Part shown: piece after piece, positions 21,755 to 36,000 of the stretch
Position numbering within the stretch: position 1 is the stretch's first letter
How the letters are laid out: every line of letters starts with the position of its first letter
NCBI GenBank assembly: GCA_002633005.1
Contig: NMRA01000040.1
Location: 1,237,805 to 1,301,804, forward strand
Length of the DNA: 64,000 nucleotides
Source: Phoronis australis
Lineage: Eukaryota; Animalia; Phoronida
Reading direction: 5' to 3'
Notes under the pieces: generated by a model
Told to the model about the DNA's origin: nothing
The model's database searches: none
What the model saw: the letters and a program-made list of their open reading frames with translations, nothing else
Position numbers and translations under genes: made by a program

Positions 21755-24210
21755 TCAATAAGCATTGGTTGAAACTTTAGTAAATCAAGCCAAAGCTGAT
21801 CACCACCACAAGCTTTTTAAAAAAATTAACAGTGCAAGCAAGAACTCCAAAGAATACTGGAACATCATCAATAAAATACGCGGCAGTCAACATCAATCTT
21901 CTTATCCAGTCATCAACCACAATGGTAACGTAGCCTCAAGAAGTAGTGACAAGTGTGACCTGTTTCTCAAATTTTTCACGAACAAAAGCCACATTACACC
22001 AACTGAAGTAGGTAACTTTCCCTTTCTTCGTGAACGTTGTCTCAATCAACTGTCTGGCATCCCCGCTAATCAAACTGATGTCCGGAAGTATCTCAATGAA
22101 ATTGACCCAAATAATAATGATGGCACAGCTTTAATCACCAGTAAGATGATCAAAATGATTGCCAATGAAATTACCATACCCTTGACCAATCTGTTTAACA
22201 AACTTCTTCAGCTAGGTATATATCCGTCTTCTTGGAAACATGGAATTATGGTTCCTAAACACAAAAACTCCAAAACTGAAATTTCAAATTATCACCCAAT
22301 AATTTTATTTAACACCCTATCCAAAATCTTCGAGAAGATCATTGCTCAAAGTATTCTTACAAAACAACTTGATCTATCATCGTCAATTTGTTTTTTTTTT
22401 GCCTGGAAACAGCACCGTGGCACAATTTATTGAAATGGTACATGACATTCATTTACATTTTGAGAAGGGCGAGAGTGTCAGGTCCATTTTTCTAGATATA
22501 GCTTCTGCTTTCGACTGAGTCCCTCACGACCTTCTACTTCGCAAACTTCGTTCCTATGGCATTACTGGTAATCCTTTAATCATGATCACCTCATATCTCT
22601 CCGATAGAACATACAGTGTTCGTGTCGACGGCGTACTTTCAATTTTATCCCCCCCCTGGATTTGTAAACGCAGGTGTACCACAGGGTAGCGTACTGGGCC
22701 CTCTTCTCTTCTTGGTTTATATTAATGACCTTCCTGATAACCTGTCATGTAGCACATACATTTATGCAGATGACAAAGCGCTTTTTTACCCCTTCGCAGG
22801 GAGCATCCCTGAAAGTTCTTTGCAGCTTCAACACGACTTAAATAAACTCAGCTATTTGTCACAAGAATGGAGAATGAATTTTAAACCAGAAAAAAGCGTT
22901 GACCTCACCTTCTCCAAATCTATTAATGCTCTCTTCCTTGTTGACCCGTCTTATGACCTTAAACTTAATGATGAAATCATTCCTAGAAAACAGTCGCACA
23001 GACATCTTGGTATACTGTTAGATGAAGAACTCTCATTCACACCTCACGATCGGGAGCTCGTACAAAAAACTCAGAAAATAATTAACCCACTTAAGCTTGT
23101 CTCCCGTCATCTGAATTCTACACATTTAGAAGTTTTGTTCAAATCATTTATACTTCCACACATCGATTATTGTGATATCATACATCAGTCGGTAATACGG
23201 GTGCACTCCAACATTTGGAGATGTTACAGTATCAAGCTGCCTTACTCATAACCGGAGCTTACAGGGGATCCAATAGTGTTAAGGTTTTGAATAGTCTCAA
23301 GTGGCCCAAACTGTCTACTCAACGCAATCTTCACACGACCTCATTTACTTTCAAAGTGATAAACAACGTCAACAATGCCTCCGTCAAAAAAATATTTGAT
23401 ATACACTAGACAAGGCCATCGTAGTAATTTGAGATCCTCCATCTCATATGCAATTCCTCCGTCGTTCAGTCAGGCTTTCAGAAAGTCTACAGTTATGATG
23501 TGCATCAACAACTGCAATTCTCTTCCAGTCTCTGTTAAGGAAAGCAACTATTTACGAGTATAAAAAATAATTTTAACTGTTTTTCACAATTTTGATAACT
23601 CAGCACCTTTAAATCAATTCTCCCTTCCCCGCGATAACGAAATAGCATTGTACAGATTAAGATGTGGTCTTTTCCTCAATTCTGACAAGTTTAGGCATAA
23701 CTTTAGTAATGTTTCTCCAAACTGTAAATGTGGTGATCATCAATCTTATCCTCATATTTTCTTCATATGTCCCCTCATCGAGTACCTGAGATGCTCACTT
23801 TTTCGTGCACTCAATGAAAACCAATCAATTGTTAATGTTCTCAATTCTTGTAATAATATACCTACTAAAATTATATTATTATTGAATGGTAGTCCTAACT
23901 TTGACGTCGTTCTCAATGAATTCCTCCTAAACAACGTTAGCAAATTAATTTTTATGAACCGTTTATCAATATTGCTGCTTCTGATTTCCATACATGAATC
24001 TGTACATGTTTTTGTTTTTATATATTCGCAATAGCATATCTAAATATTGGGATACTTATATTAGATACTACTTAAATGTATATACCTCTATCTATTTTAG
24101 TTTCATTTATGAATTGTCACGGTTTACAATCCAGATTTAATGCTTCACGATTTCTGGGTTTGTCATTATTTCTTTGCATGACTTGTGTATTCTTCAATAA
24201 ATATATATCA
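21755..24210 (+). mobile_element. 5'-truncated CR1/L2-group LINE, degenerate ORF2 reverse transcriptase
   Basis: Fragmented ORFs 21765-24034 carry YPSSWK, NYHPI..FNTLSKIFEKI, FLDI, GVPQGSVLGPLLFLVYINDL, YADD, HLGILLD and a C-terminal CKCG...HIFFICP. Multiple frameshifts. AATAAA + (TA)n tail at ~24196-24208. Confidence 0.92.
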
Positions 24211-27200
24211 CTTTAAAAGAACAATCAGTGTTTTCATAAGTACACAAATAGGCAGTGAATTTTGAGCGAGGAATTAAATTGAATCAGTTACATCAGGCAA
24301 CGGGACAGAGGCTACTTTAGGGCGCTATTTTTCATCTGTCCAAAGAGATGATTGCGCATGCCCCAGGGCATGTTTCTCAATTTTCCTAAGTAATGCATCA
24401 ATCAGCCAATCAATTGATCGTTTTATTTAACGCCAGTTTTATCATGAACAGGAGGTTAACATGCACCGCGTCAGCAAGACGGTTAAAATACAATAAGTTC
24501 AAGAAAATACTGAATACGCATTGCAGGGGCACCAGACCCAATGTAAGGTTGAAAATTGTTTGATAATTAAATTGATTAAGTTAAATAATAGGAAATATAA
24601 ATAACCTACAAAATGTAAAACTCGAGTGCATTGCACATGAGCCTCATTTCACATCGAGGTATCTGAGTTTCATACACGGTAACCAAACTCATAAGGGCAC
24701 GTTCGCTGTAGTAGTAGATGGGGACATTAGACATATACCTTCCAAGGGTGCGACAATTAATCAAATTCTGATCTAGAGGCGATACGGGAGGGACCTATTT
24801 GTTAGCCAAGGCCCATTTCGATCCGATTTGTACTGATAATTTCGCTGTTAAATTCCTTACAAAATTACCATTTCACCAAAAAGACTCGGCTTCTGGACTC
24901 GCGTGATTAGACTACGAATTTCTTATGAAACATCCAGAGCTTAACCGTAAAAATCGGCAGAAGTTTTCTAAAGGTCTAGTTGTTGTCTATGTCTTCTTTC
25001 TCAGAGTAGGTTAGTTAGGCTGTATGGCGAACCATATGTCGTAAACGCGGGAAAGTTTGTAACTTCCTTCACCGCGGTTCAATGTAAACTCATATTTTTC
25101 TGATACAAATGGATTCCATGATATTCCTCCTCTCAGCGCAATTTTTATTTTTTAGAATTTTGGAGCTGTCCGAGACTTTTGTTGCCGTTATCTCATTTAT
25201 TTGCAGGTTTATTAATTGCAGCAATAGGGGCTTTTCATTCTGACCTTGACCTTGTAAAGACACGATTTCACTGTATCTTAATTCGGACGGAAAGCATTAA
25301 TGAAAGGAGCAGACAAAAGTTACTAGCTAAAAAATTTTGTTGCAGAGGACTTGGAGGTTTGCACCGCTAAGAGTTTTAAACGAGTGGATTTTGCAAATCT
25401 GGGAGGCCCAGCTCAAGAATTAGGTGACGCTACGCAGTCTTGCATGTACTCAGCAGTGAAGTTCTAGAAAAATGGAAATGTTTTGCAACAACCTTTTGGC
25501 CATTATTGTGGTTCACCAATAAAAAACCAAAACTTCTTTGTCAAAGTATCAATCTCATTTTAAATAATTCGCATAATAACTAGCATTATTTGAGAGTATT
25601 TAATTTATTGGATGTAGGATGTCGGCTAGGGGAGCTACATGTAATCTACAAGCTCTTGAAGCTGCAATGTTAACATGTCCTGGTCATCTGTAAAAACGCC
25701 CTGGTTTGTCGTGTCCAGATGGGAGAGGACTGGATTCCCTGTACTCTACATAATCCGACCACGAATAGTCACTTTCAACTAAAACGAAGCGAAAAGACAA
25801 TCTTTAGATCTTGCTGTTGTTGTTGCCAGTAGAACTAATTTGAAAATATTTCGTTTACGCAATGAACAATCAGTGAGCTATAGCGGTTAGCTAAGTCCCT
25901 GTTTACGCCTTTCGTAATACCCAATTGTTGGATGCCCGCATCAACACAGGAAAAGACCATACCGTTAACAGTACGCTTACAAGGACAATTCCCGTATTTC
26001 GATAGAAATGTAGGAATTTTCACCGCTCGTCCTTCTGAGCGACTTTTACCAGGATCAATGAGAGCGCCGCGCCGGAGTTGGATACAGTTGTGATGATCGC
26101 ATTGTCCGATGCGAGCAAGACACAACTAAGTTTAATTACCCCCACCATTAACTGCAGTAAACATCTCTGCCTGAACTTAGTGTTGAATTTTCCAAATGCA
26201 TTAACCGATAGCTTTCGTTAAAAATCAACACCACGGCGGTATTCAGCTGGAAACAACCAAGAATGGTTTCCGATTTTTAAAAATTGATGAACTAATATAA
26301 CCTAAAAACTTCAACTATTGGGTACGTTTGAAGATAAACGACCGTGCGTATTCATATAAAGTTAACGATATCACGCGGATTATTGTTATCATATTCTTTC
26401 AATCTCGTTTAACAAGATTTTTGACTAGGGAACATTTGAAGTTAACGGTGCCCACTCTTCATGTTTTATGTCTTACAAAAGTATTTATTTAGTCAGTGCA
26501 ACAAAAATTGTCCGGAGATTCCAAATCTTCAGTTTGGCTATCACCATATTTGCACGTTTGTTTATATTTTATGATTTGAGTTCTTTGAAAGATTAAATTT
26601 GAACTATTGACACGTGTAGTTTTGTTTGTAATGAAATGTTTAATGTAGGTGTAACCTGGAACGTTCAGGGATGGGTTCACTCTTGACTACACTAATTACG
26701 TTTTGCTGGCGATCAAAATCTAACACTGTTTTGGTACTTCAAGTTTAAGCATAACAAGATATCAACATGTTCCCGTAAGAAAAAATAAGTAGACAGCAGT
26801 ATTAAAAATGAAATAACGAAAACCGGTATGAAACATATTTAACAACATCGATCTTCTGGGAATTGTCCCTTTGTCAAGATAAACACAACCTTTTTTAGTC
26901 TTGTTGTAATATTTAAAATGTACCAAGTTAAAACTTTTCTCCACAGTTGCAGGCTGTAAATCTGTGCAAATGCCAGCCTACCGCAAACCCCGGATAGTTG
27001 ATTCACTTATCACTTGACAGCGCTAAAGAAACTTTTGCTGATAATAAACAATAAACATGTTCATTTAACTGTTTTATTTCACATCCGAATGACATCAACA
27101 TTTTGTGTATACTCTTATAAAAATATTACATCGTGACAATGTGACGTAATTGTCAAGAGCGTATTAATCAGCCCTCATTTGCCAGAATGACATCTACATA

Positions 27201-28374
27201 GAGAAGTTTCCATATTATTGAACTATCATAAATATTCAATCACCCAGATCAAGTAATGGCCGTTGTTGGCCGTTATATCGACAGTGTCGCTTTGTCCACT
27301 AAAGTACAACTGACTCGCAAAGCATTTCAAGTGCCACAGTCTCAATGCCGACTACCTCTCATAAGGAGCTGGAAAACAACCAATCATAGGTCTGACTGCC
27401 AACTATAATTTGCATACAATAAGTCTCAACGACCAACCGTGATGGCGTAATTAAAGAAATGCATTGCGATGGCGGATGCAGCAGCATAGCGGTGTGTGCT
27501 CTTGAGAACAAACCCAACGATAGCATTTGAACAATCTAGGAGTCAACCCAGTAGACCACTGGCGAGAATAATTCTTTGGAATAGGCAGGAAGTCTCTTCG
27601 ATACCAGTAACGCAAGAACGTGCCGTTTGAGTTCTTGATACCCGGATGTTCATGATGCAACGCAAAACCTGACAAAACACGGTGAATAATTTGGACAAGC
27701 AGAAGTAGGGCGGCTCCTAACTCGCGAAAAACCTAATGAACCAAACGTTCATCATACAGGTAGCTCAAACTTAAGCGGTGTTAAATCCGTGCTAAATGTT
27801 AAAAGGTTTGGATTTAGGCTACTTGTAGTTATAACACTTGTTCCTTGCTCACTTTAGGAGAATATGTTTGGGCCATGGAAGGACTGATGGTTCGCAATTT
27901 CTCTACACCAATGTCAACAAAGCATGCTGCATTATAATATAAGGTTCTAATTTTTGAGTCGTATTAAAGCTGCAACAGAGTCGCTTTTGCAAGCTTGAGA
28001 AAAAATCAGTAGTCATCTTTCGCTGAACATAAGGTCAACTACGTTTTTTCCAACTTCTAAGCGATGGCGTCCTGGTATCAGAAAAAAACACTATTAGGTC
28101 GCTGTGAAATCGTGTCCCTGGTTTCACAATTTAGAGTATTTGGAACAGACAATACGTGCATCAAACAATGTCCCCAGCACAAAGTAGCCTACTCATTGCC
28201 AGTCTGGCCTCACCATAACAGGGACTACACATGCGGCATTACAACAGAAAACACTGTGCTACGACTTCGCATGGCATTTTTCTTGGATCATATAAAGCCT
28301 TTCTTCCCGCTGTGAATTAAAACTGATGAACTGACAGACAGACGACCCGTTCAAATGAATACCTATAACAACAT

Positions 28375-28572
28375 AAAGAGGTACGACCCTCCCCACAAAG
28401 AGGGACGAACCTTACCCCAAAGAGGGACGACCATTCCCTCAAAGAGGGACTACCCTTCCCTCAATGAGGGACTACCCTTCCCTCAAAGAGGGACTACCCT
28501 TCCCTCAAAGAGGAACGCCCCTTCCCTCAAAGAGCGACGACCCTCCCCTCAAAGAGTGACGACCCTTCCCTG
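28375..28572. repeat. 22-bp minisatellite x9, each unit internally palindromic
   Basis: Consensus AAAGAGGGACTACCCTTCCCTC (GAGGGA...TCCCTC arms). No spacers. Confidence 0.95.
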
Positions 28573-29805
28573 CTAGCTGCATTTCACCATGTTTTGAGGC
28601 TAAAACAAACCAGTCCTTTTACTCTGAAAAAAATTGTCTGATAATTTTCCCTACCGTAACAAGATTTCATTTCCGTTACCAACAACATAAATCAGTGACT
28701 CGAGAAAGGCTTTATTGGGGTTGACAAAGCCTAAAACTGCGAATTTGAAAGTGGCGCATGTACTCATTGCCTGTGACGTGGATTACCGGCTCATTCGACA
28801 GCTCTTCTCAAGATCGGATGATCGTGGCAAAGCTCAAAACCCCTAAGGCGTTCTGGTTAAAAATTCAAGATGGACAGCTAAACAGGGTTGAAATGCAGTT
28901 TGAAGTATGCCTATGCAATGTTACATTACACGGAAACACAATGGAGCAACAACTCGATGGTTAATCTACGGTAAAACTGACGAATACGCACAAAGAATGC
29001 CTTGATTTTGTAATAAATATTACATATACTGATGGATAAAACCTGTACATGAAAGCATTCAGTCACGTGACTTCTAAACAGAGATCCCATTGGACATGCA
29101 TGTAAGCGTGAAGTTCGGAAAAGAAAGTAACACTTTAACGTGAAGCTTTACGAGCTTTCTTCAACTAAGCTCTCGCAAAGTACATGCGAATATTTCGCAC
29201 AAACACACATGCTTGCGTACAGTTAAAATTAGGAAATGTAATTTCCACGTGACTCAATAATAGAGTTTCTATCATTGAAAAGAATATCCGAACTAGGACG
29301 AACACGAAGTTGCAGTGTTTCGAAAATTTATACCTACAACTAAGACTACGTGCACAGGTCTTGTAGGAGCACTGTCAATCAAATTCATGGTTATCAATAA
29401 ATAAATATACAATACTAAGTTTCCTGGTAATCTCAAATGTTCACCTCACTAATTTCAAAATAAATACAAGTTGTGATACCATCATTTGCCACGTCTTCCT
29501 GAAGTACAAAATGCGGAACCGGTCGATATTTCATCTTTGGTATTTGACTATCATCTTCATTATATAAGTAAAACACAACATCAAACAAGGAAATTACTGA
29601 TACGCTGATTTCCACATGTCTCAAAAAATTCGCGAAACAAATGCACATTTTTCCAACTCGTATGTCTTCTAAATTTTGGCCACGACCGGGAAAATCTCCG
29701 CGCGTACAGAAATTCGTCAGCCAGTTAAAACTTGTCAGCTTCAGACAGGGCTTGTCTTAGTGCCACGCGCGACACGTCATTCTATATGACGTAATTAGCA
29801 CGTGC

Positions 29806-30081
29806 TCAGCTCATGGCCGAGATAGTGTTGGGAAACATTTCCGACAGATTGCTGGAACTATCTTCGTCTTCGTCTAATGTATTATTGTGCATGTCAGCCA
29901 AAGAGGGGGAGGAGCTAACGTCGGAGAGTTCACCTGGCGAGCGTGCGTTGGATAGATCTGATTGACCAGCTTCCGACATCGCCTTCTCCGTCGAACCCGG
30001 CGGACCACCGTCTGTGCTGCCACAATGTTCCTGTCGCAGCAAGTTCCGCCTGTATTTGGCTCGAGCATTTTGAAACCACAC
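29806..30081 (-). CDS. Lhx2/9: Lhx2/9 last coding exon
   Basis: VWFQNARAKYRRNLLRQE...NTISAMS*. Acceptor TCTGTACAG|. Confidence 0.96.
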   Translation of the reverse strand: MWFQNARAKYRRNLLRQEHCGSTDGGPPGSTEKAMSEAGQSDLSNARSPGELSDVSSSPSLADMHNNTLDEDEDSSSNLSEMFPNTISAMS

Positions 30082-33000
30082 CTGTACAGACGGCAATCAA
30101 ACGTTTAGCAAAATAAGGCTTGTAGTTCTTTCAAAAGCAAAGTAACAACATGTTAAGGGTGTTCGATAAAAGAATGCAGTTGCTGGTACATTAACTTGGC
30201 GATAGACTAGATTGACTACGAAATAGGAATTATCAAATAAGCTCCGACAAGGAAATGTCTCTATTACGGTTTAAACGGTAGCAAAAATGGTGCAGTGCCT
30301 AGGTCTGCTAATCAGGGTTGAACTTACTTGCAACACGCGTTTTGTGAGGCCAGTTTTTTGCGCTAGCTGTTTAAGGTCTTTGGCGTCAGGATTATGGTTG
30401 AGAGCGAAATACGATTTCATCGTGCGCAGTTGATGGTGCTTGAAGGACGTACGCATGCGTTTCTGTCGTGGTACGCCACCTTGCGAGTATTGGTCTAGTT
30501 GGTCAGGATCGTCCAAACCTGAAACAAATACCCCAAAATTTGTAAATCCGAAATGGAAACAGTAAATCCTAGCTCGAGATTGCAGCACACTATTTTGAGA
30601 TAAATGTCTGAGTATTTAGTAGTTGAAATTCAACTTCATTTTGGTTGGCTGAATGGTACTTTGATACGGGCAGATCTCAGCGCGAACACGTGAACTAATG
30701 CTATCACTTGTAGTAGATGCCGTGACGTTTACGCCTTTCAATAGACAGCAGCATTCTCAAAAACGTTCTGTAATGCATCTTCTCAATTTGCGCAATCCCA
30801 CTTTGTATGCACCTTTTCATTTTGCGCACTCTCGTTTTGTACGCATCTTTTCGATTTACGCATTCGCAGCTTCTACGCATAACTATGATGACGCTCATGG
30901 AAACCAACACAAATGTTCAAGAATAACTGGCCACTTTGAACTAAGAAAAATAGGATTTCCACATAATAAAATTATGAATTTCGACAGAAAGAACAATTGT
31001 TATCCAAGTCCACGAAATAACGAAGGGTTTGTAGTGCTTAGGATTATAAATTAACAAAAAACGCATCGTCCATCCAACTATTCGTTCAAGTAGGAAAACG
31101 TCCAATTTGTATTTCAAAACCTGTTCAATCGGCGTTCAGTTTGAAGACAGTTTAAAAGAATAAATAAAAAAGTTAGAACGTATAAAAAGTTAATTAACAT
31201 AACGATAAAACTGCCTTCATTGCCCGAACTGGACATTACGTCACAGTGGAGGGTTCAATGTTTTCATTCCCATTTGAAAATTAATTTCTAATGAACTGTT
31301 GAAATTGAATATTAATTTCTAATGAACTTTTGAATAAAATATGGCATCCAAATAACAAGTTTATAATGCCGTGACCATGTTCAATATAAAGTAGGTAATT
31401 AGTAAGTTTAAAACGCAGCCCATATCTACGCCTGTAGGGGTGTCCACTATACCCGTTTTAAGTATAAGGGCGATGGAGATAAAACAGGCAGTGACGTAAT
31501 CGGCTGAGAAAAATCGATCGAATTGAAACTTCTGATTGAGTAACTGCTTAGACAAAGTCGTAATGATCAGGGCTGCGGGGGGCCGGTTTGGAATAAATTT
31601 GCATTATGCAAGACATCCGCAAACCTACTTAAAAGGTCAAAGTGGCATGTCCGAGGGTTGTTCGAGAAGACCACTCGAAGACAGCGGAGAAGCACAAATA
31701 GAGAGGACTGAACAGGGACTGGTGTGGGCCTGTATACGGCATGGAATAGCTAAAAGTATCGTTAGTAAACTCGTTGCAGCTAAAAATCTTGACGAAAGTT
31801 CTTTCGTTCACTATAACGTAAAATTTAAAAACAATGAAACGTTCATTATTTCCATTGTACATGGCTGAGTTTCTCTAATTGTTTTCATTATGGAAATATA
31901 CTGAGCAATAAATAAGTTTAACCTCGTTAGTTTATTTGTTACTCTCAAATCCAAATCAGGACGAAGTTCTGAAAACCGCGGTATCGAAAACTTGTCAGTA
32001 GCATATTAATTTTTTTTTGGTGATCCTTACAAAACGCTATCATGAAAAGCAGACAAAGCGTTCGGGTACAAAAGCGAGTCCTCGATTGTAGTTTAGAGAC
32101 AAAAACAAAAAATCAATACACAAATTAGACTCGTTCGTTGTTTTTTTAAGTCCAAGAGGTGTCCAGTTCCTAGGATTTTCGTCCACATTTGTACTTGAGT
32201 ACGCATCACGGGTCAGAGATCACGTACACACTGACTGACGCCTTCGAGATTTTAGCCCGAAATGCTATAACTACTGATTAGTGCCCGACGTCGATTTTCA
32301 ACAAAATGATTAATTAATACATCTTTCTTCATATATTCTTTAATAAGTGTGATTTCCTTACATGTGACTGCAACAAAATGGGAAATAACGTTTTATAAAA
32401 TTGTACTGAACGTTTAGGGCTACTGACCATATGACATAAATTCATTAATCGACAAGGTTTCTATTTGATCTAGACGTTCAATTCCATGGCATGCTGATTT
32501 CAAAATTTCCATTAGCGGCCAAAGCGTTTTCCTAATTTAAATTATTGAAAATCAAAGGGAGACGCACAGTCTACGCGAAATCCTGCTCGGACGATAAAAA
32601 ATGGCTCATCCACAATCTTGATTTATCATCTGCTCCGGTTAAGGCAGACGATCGAATTAGAGAGCGTGTAACTCGATGCTATGATTACACCATAACTTCC
32701 GTCTGATTTTATGTCACTATTAAGGCGATCAAACGCGATCGTAAAGACCCAAATAGTTTGGTTTTCATTTAGTTGAGAAGGATGTCAACGCGGTTGCAAA
32801 ATGTCGGAAACATAAAATACATATGGCGAAGAGAAATGTTCTTCTATTTAAAGCGGCACTTCGCCTTGTCTGGAAGAGTAAAAAACGGAAATCTAAAATC
32901 GGTCTCACAACGATCCAGATTCTACGGTATAAGGGTTGGCCAACGGTAAAATAGGTAATTCCAAGGTAGCTCATGTACGCATTGAGTTGGTAACCAAAAG

Positions 33001-36000
33001 GGATCCTATTAAATTGAGGAATATCATGAGACCGTTCTCCTGCAAGTTGCAAGCGCAATTCAATTTTCATTTTCCAGCTAAACAAGGAGAAATGCAACTC
33101 AAATCAACAAGTTCATTCCCATATACAAATGCAGAAATCAGTGTCCAGACACCCAAAGAAATACATGTCATAAAAAACTGAGTGCACTTCTCGTTTCACA
33201 AATTGTAAATGTTTTACAATTTAACATCTATGTGAACTGAAGCTAACCAGATTCAATACGTAAAATTTGACCCACTAAACAAAACAGGGAGTTTTCAAGG
33301 AGTCACTTACATAGACCGCTTATTTAGAACTAAAACTTCCTTTAAACAATCCAGTTGGGTGCTGTGGCTACAATGAGAATAATTTACGGTACTCCGAAAG
33401 TAGAAATACATTTGAGTCCGAAAATGGATTTTAGTGCGTATAAATGTTAATAATTATTTTCAGCAATTATAAACTGCACGGTGATCTGTGTTCTAGAAAA
33501 CACAGCCAAGGGATAGGAGCCAGTTAGACAACTGTAATTTTACGAGGTATGATGCGATATCAGCCAAAATACAAGATTCCACAAAGACAATGGGAAAATT
33601 CTTTAAAAAGCGACAGTACACTCGTGCTTTCCATAAATAAACAAGCGCTGACTTCGGCCATTTACCGTCGTAAAATTGATGTTTTTTCAAACACTTATTG
33701 TAACAAATTGACTATTACAATAAAAACGAACATAACCACTGATCTTTTCGAGTTCCTTAATAAGTTACGAGCCTTCTCTAATTCCTTACTAAGTTACAAG
33801 CCTTCTCTGACTTGCGAATGTATCACCAGACTAGTAAGCTTGTGAAACAATTTTAGTTTGGACACAGAAAAAAGCAATTACAAGCTCTTTCCAGGCACAG
33901 AAATCACACTTATTTTGAACAGTTTTAAGACTAATTCTATTACGTCAAGCAGCCAGAGCCGGACTTGTTTTTGACAGAAGGCACGGGTTTAACGCCGTTA
34001 TAAGTGGACAACTGGATACTTCAGTAGTGTCGTAAGGGTATACTCATTCCCCGTACTAAATGGAGTGCAACGACTATCCACTTATCATGTTCACAGGCGA
34101 ACCGATGTCGACGTTACGCGCCATTTAGTAGCATTTACCGATATAGCGCCGTGCACAGGTGCTGGTCGAAACCGACCAATGAATCAAGGCAGACATGCCT
34201 TTTTTCAATCGAGTCACCGGTTCAGTTCAACAGGAGTGCACCGAGCTAGCCGGCCTGCCAAGCCAACCAATCAACTTAAGAAAAAATATACAACACGGAA
34301 ATTTGAATAATGATTTTTCAATATAAAGATTTTGAATAAAAAAGGTGCTTACGGTGATTTTCTTGAAACCACAAGATAAATAAATAAATGTAAACAAAAA
34401 GGTTGCAAACAATTTGGCGCACAAATGGTTTTAACCTCTATTCTGAGTGAACGCAATGATAGCAACTGCTTCAAACATAGGCGTGGGCAACTAGGAATCA
34501 AAGGCAGAAACGTCACGTCAATGAATGCCTTAGCTTAGCTGAGTTTCATTCATTTTCAATATACCTCTAACACTTCCATTAATAAGATCCCTCTATCAAA
34601 TCATGTACTGCGATAAGATCATGTAACCAACAACGAAAGTTTACTCACAAACTATTGGAGTTGCTCACTTTGAGGTGCAGTGCTTGCCTTATTGGTCGGG
34701 CGGGCCCCACGCCCACCCTCTACTTTTGGGCATTGTTCAAGTGCTAATATGCCGTAATTCGGATGAGCAGTTCGCACCTTGCACTTACGTGTGCTAATAG
34801 TAAATTAAAGTCCCACACTTTTTTTCTAAAAATAACATCTAAGGCGGCGGTGCAAGAAACGAAATGATGGACACCATTTAGTTCAAATTACTAATACGGC
34901 GGACATTTCACACCATCTAAACGGACCCAAAGCACACGAAGGGTGAAACATTGAAACCGTAGTCGTCAACGAGTTAATCGAATTTCCTAAACACAACAGC
35001 GCACACGATAGCGAAACTGCGGTCTCTACCACTATACAGCGGTTCCGCCAACTTTTGTGGTAAAACTCAGTTTAATGTTCAATTCGCAATCAACAAAAAG
35101 GCAAATTCAAAAAACTTGGTGATATTGACGTTCTATTCACCACTAGTTTTGTATACAATCAACGTCAAATGCACACCAACGTTTATCAACACGCAAAAGT
35201 GTATCACCACAAAGTGTACGCATAGTTTAAAGAAGAGAAAAGCGCGCCAAATGTCACCAGTATTCAGATAGGATTATACTCAGGATTCATTCTACAGCAC
35301 TCACTACATTCTGTTTATGGAATAAAACAATGACGCACGAACAGTCGCATACTTAGATAATTCTCAACAGTGAGGTAATTCTACACGAAAGTCATTCACC
35401 TACGTTCTATTAAAACCTAACTCAGGGACTTGAAAGAGCGCCTTTTGTTATGCGCTCTCTCTCCACATTCCGTCGAAACATCAACCTACTAGCTCTATAA
35501 GGGTGGAAGTGCTCTCGGAAACACGTTTTGGACATTTTTAAACATGTGACATAATTGCCGTAAATTTCTCATCTAAGGTCCTTTCATGAACCTTTGAAGC
35601 TGACATTTCCACCGCTCTAAAACTCGACCGGCTTCCCGTGATAAATTTTTACTGCTTGCAACTGGAGACGGCGATTGGGATTTATTCGTGGCCATGCCCG
35701 CTGTGAAAAAGCGAGTCTGTCCATAGAAAAACGGTTCAGATAAATATTATTAGAGGGAAAAACAAGCACATCGCCTGAACGCGAGGACGTGAGAATTGGC
35801 CGACTTTGAAGCTGTCAAAACTCAGAACTGTTCGTGGAATGCCTACATTAAATCTGTTGTAAGAGAAATCATCCCGAAAGGCAGGCAAATTATCAACGTT
35901 TTTCGACGATCGTAATTCTCTAATTTTATGACGGTCAACAAACGAGTCACTCGCATGTCGGCTACTCAGTTAACTATTGAAGTTAGATAGATTCCGAAAA

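Noticed and set aside
28375-28572. Palindromic repeats as CRISPR repeats, and ORF 28355-28576
   Set aside because: The units are directly tandem with no spacers. The 22-bp period is not a multiple of 3, so the ORF is incidental.
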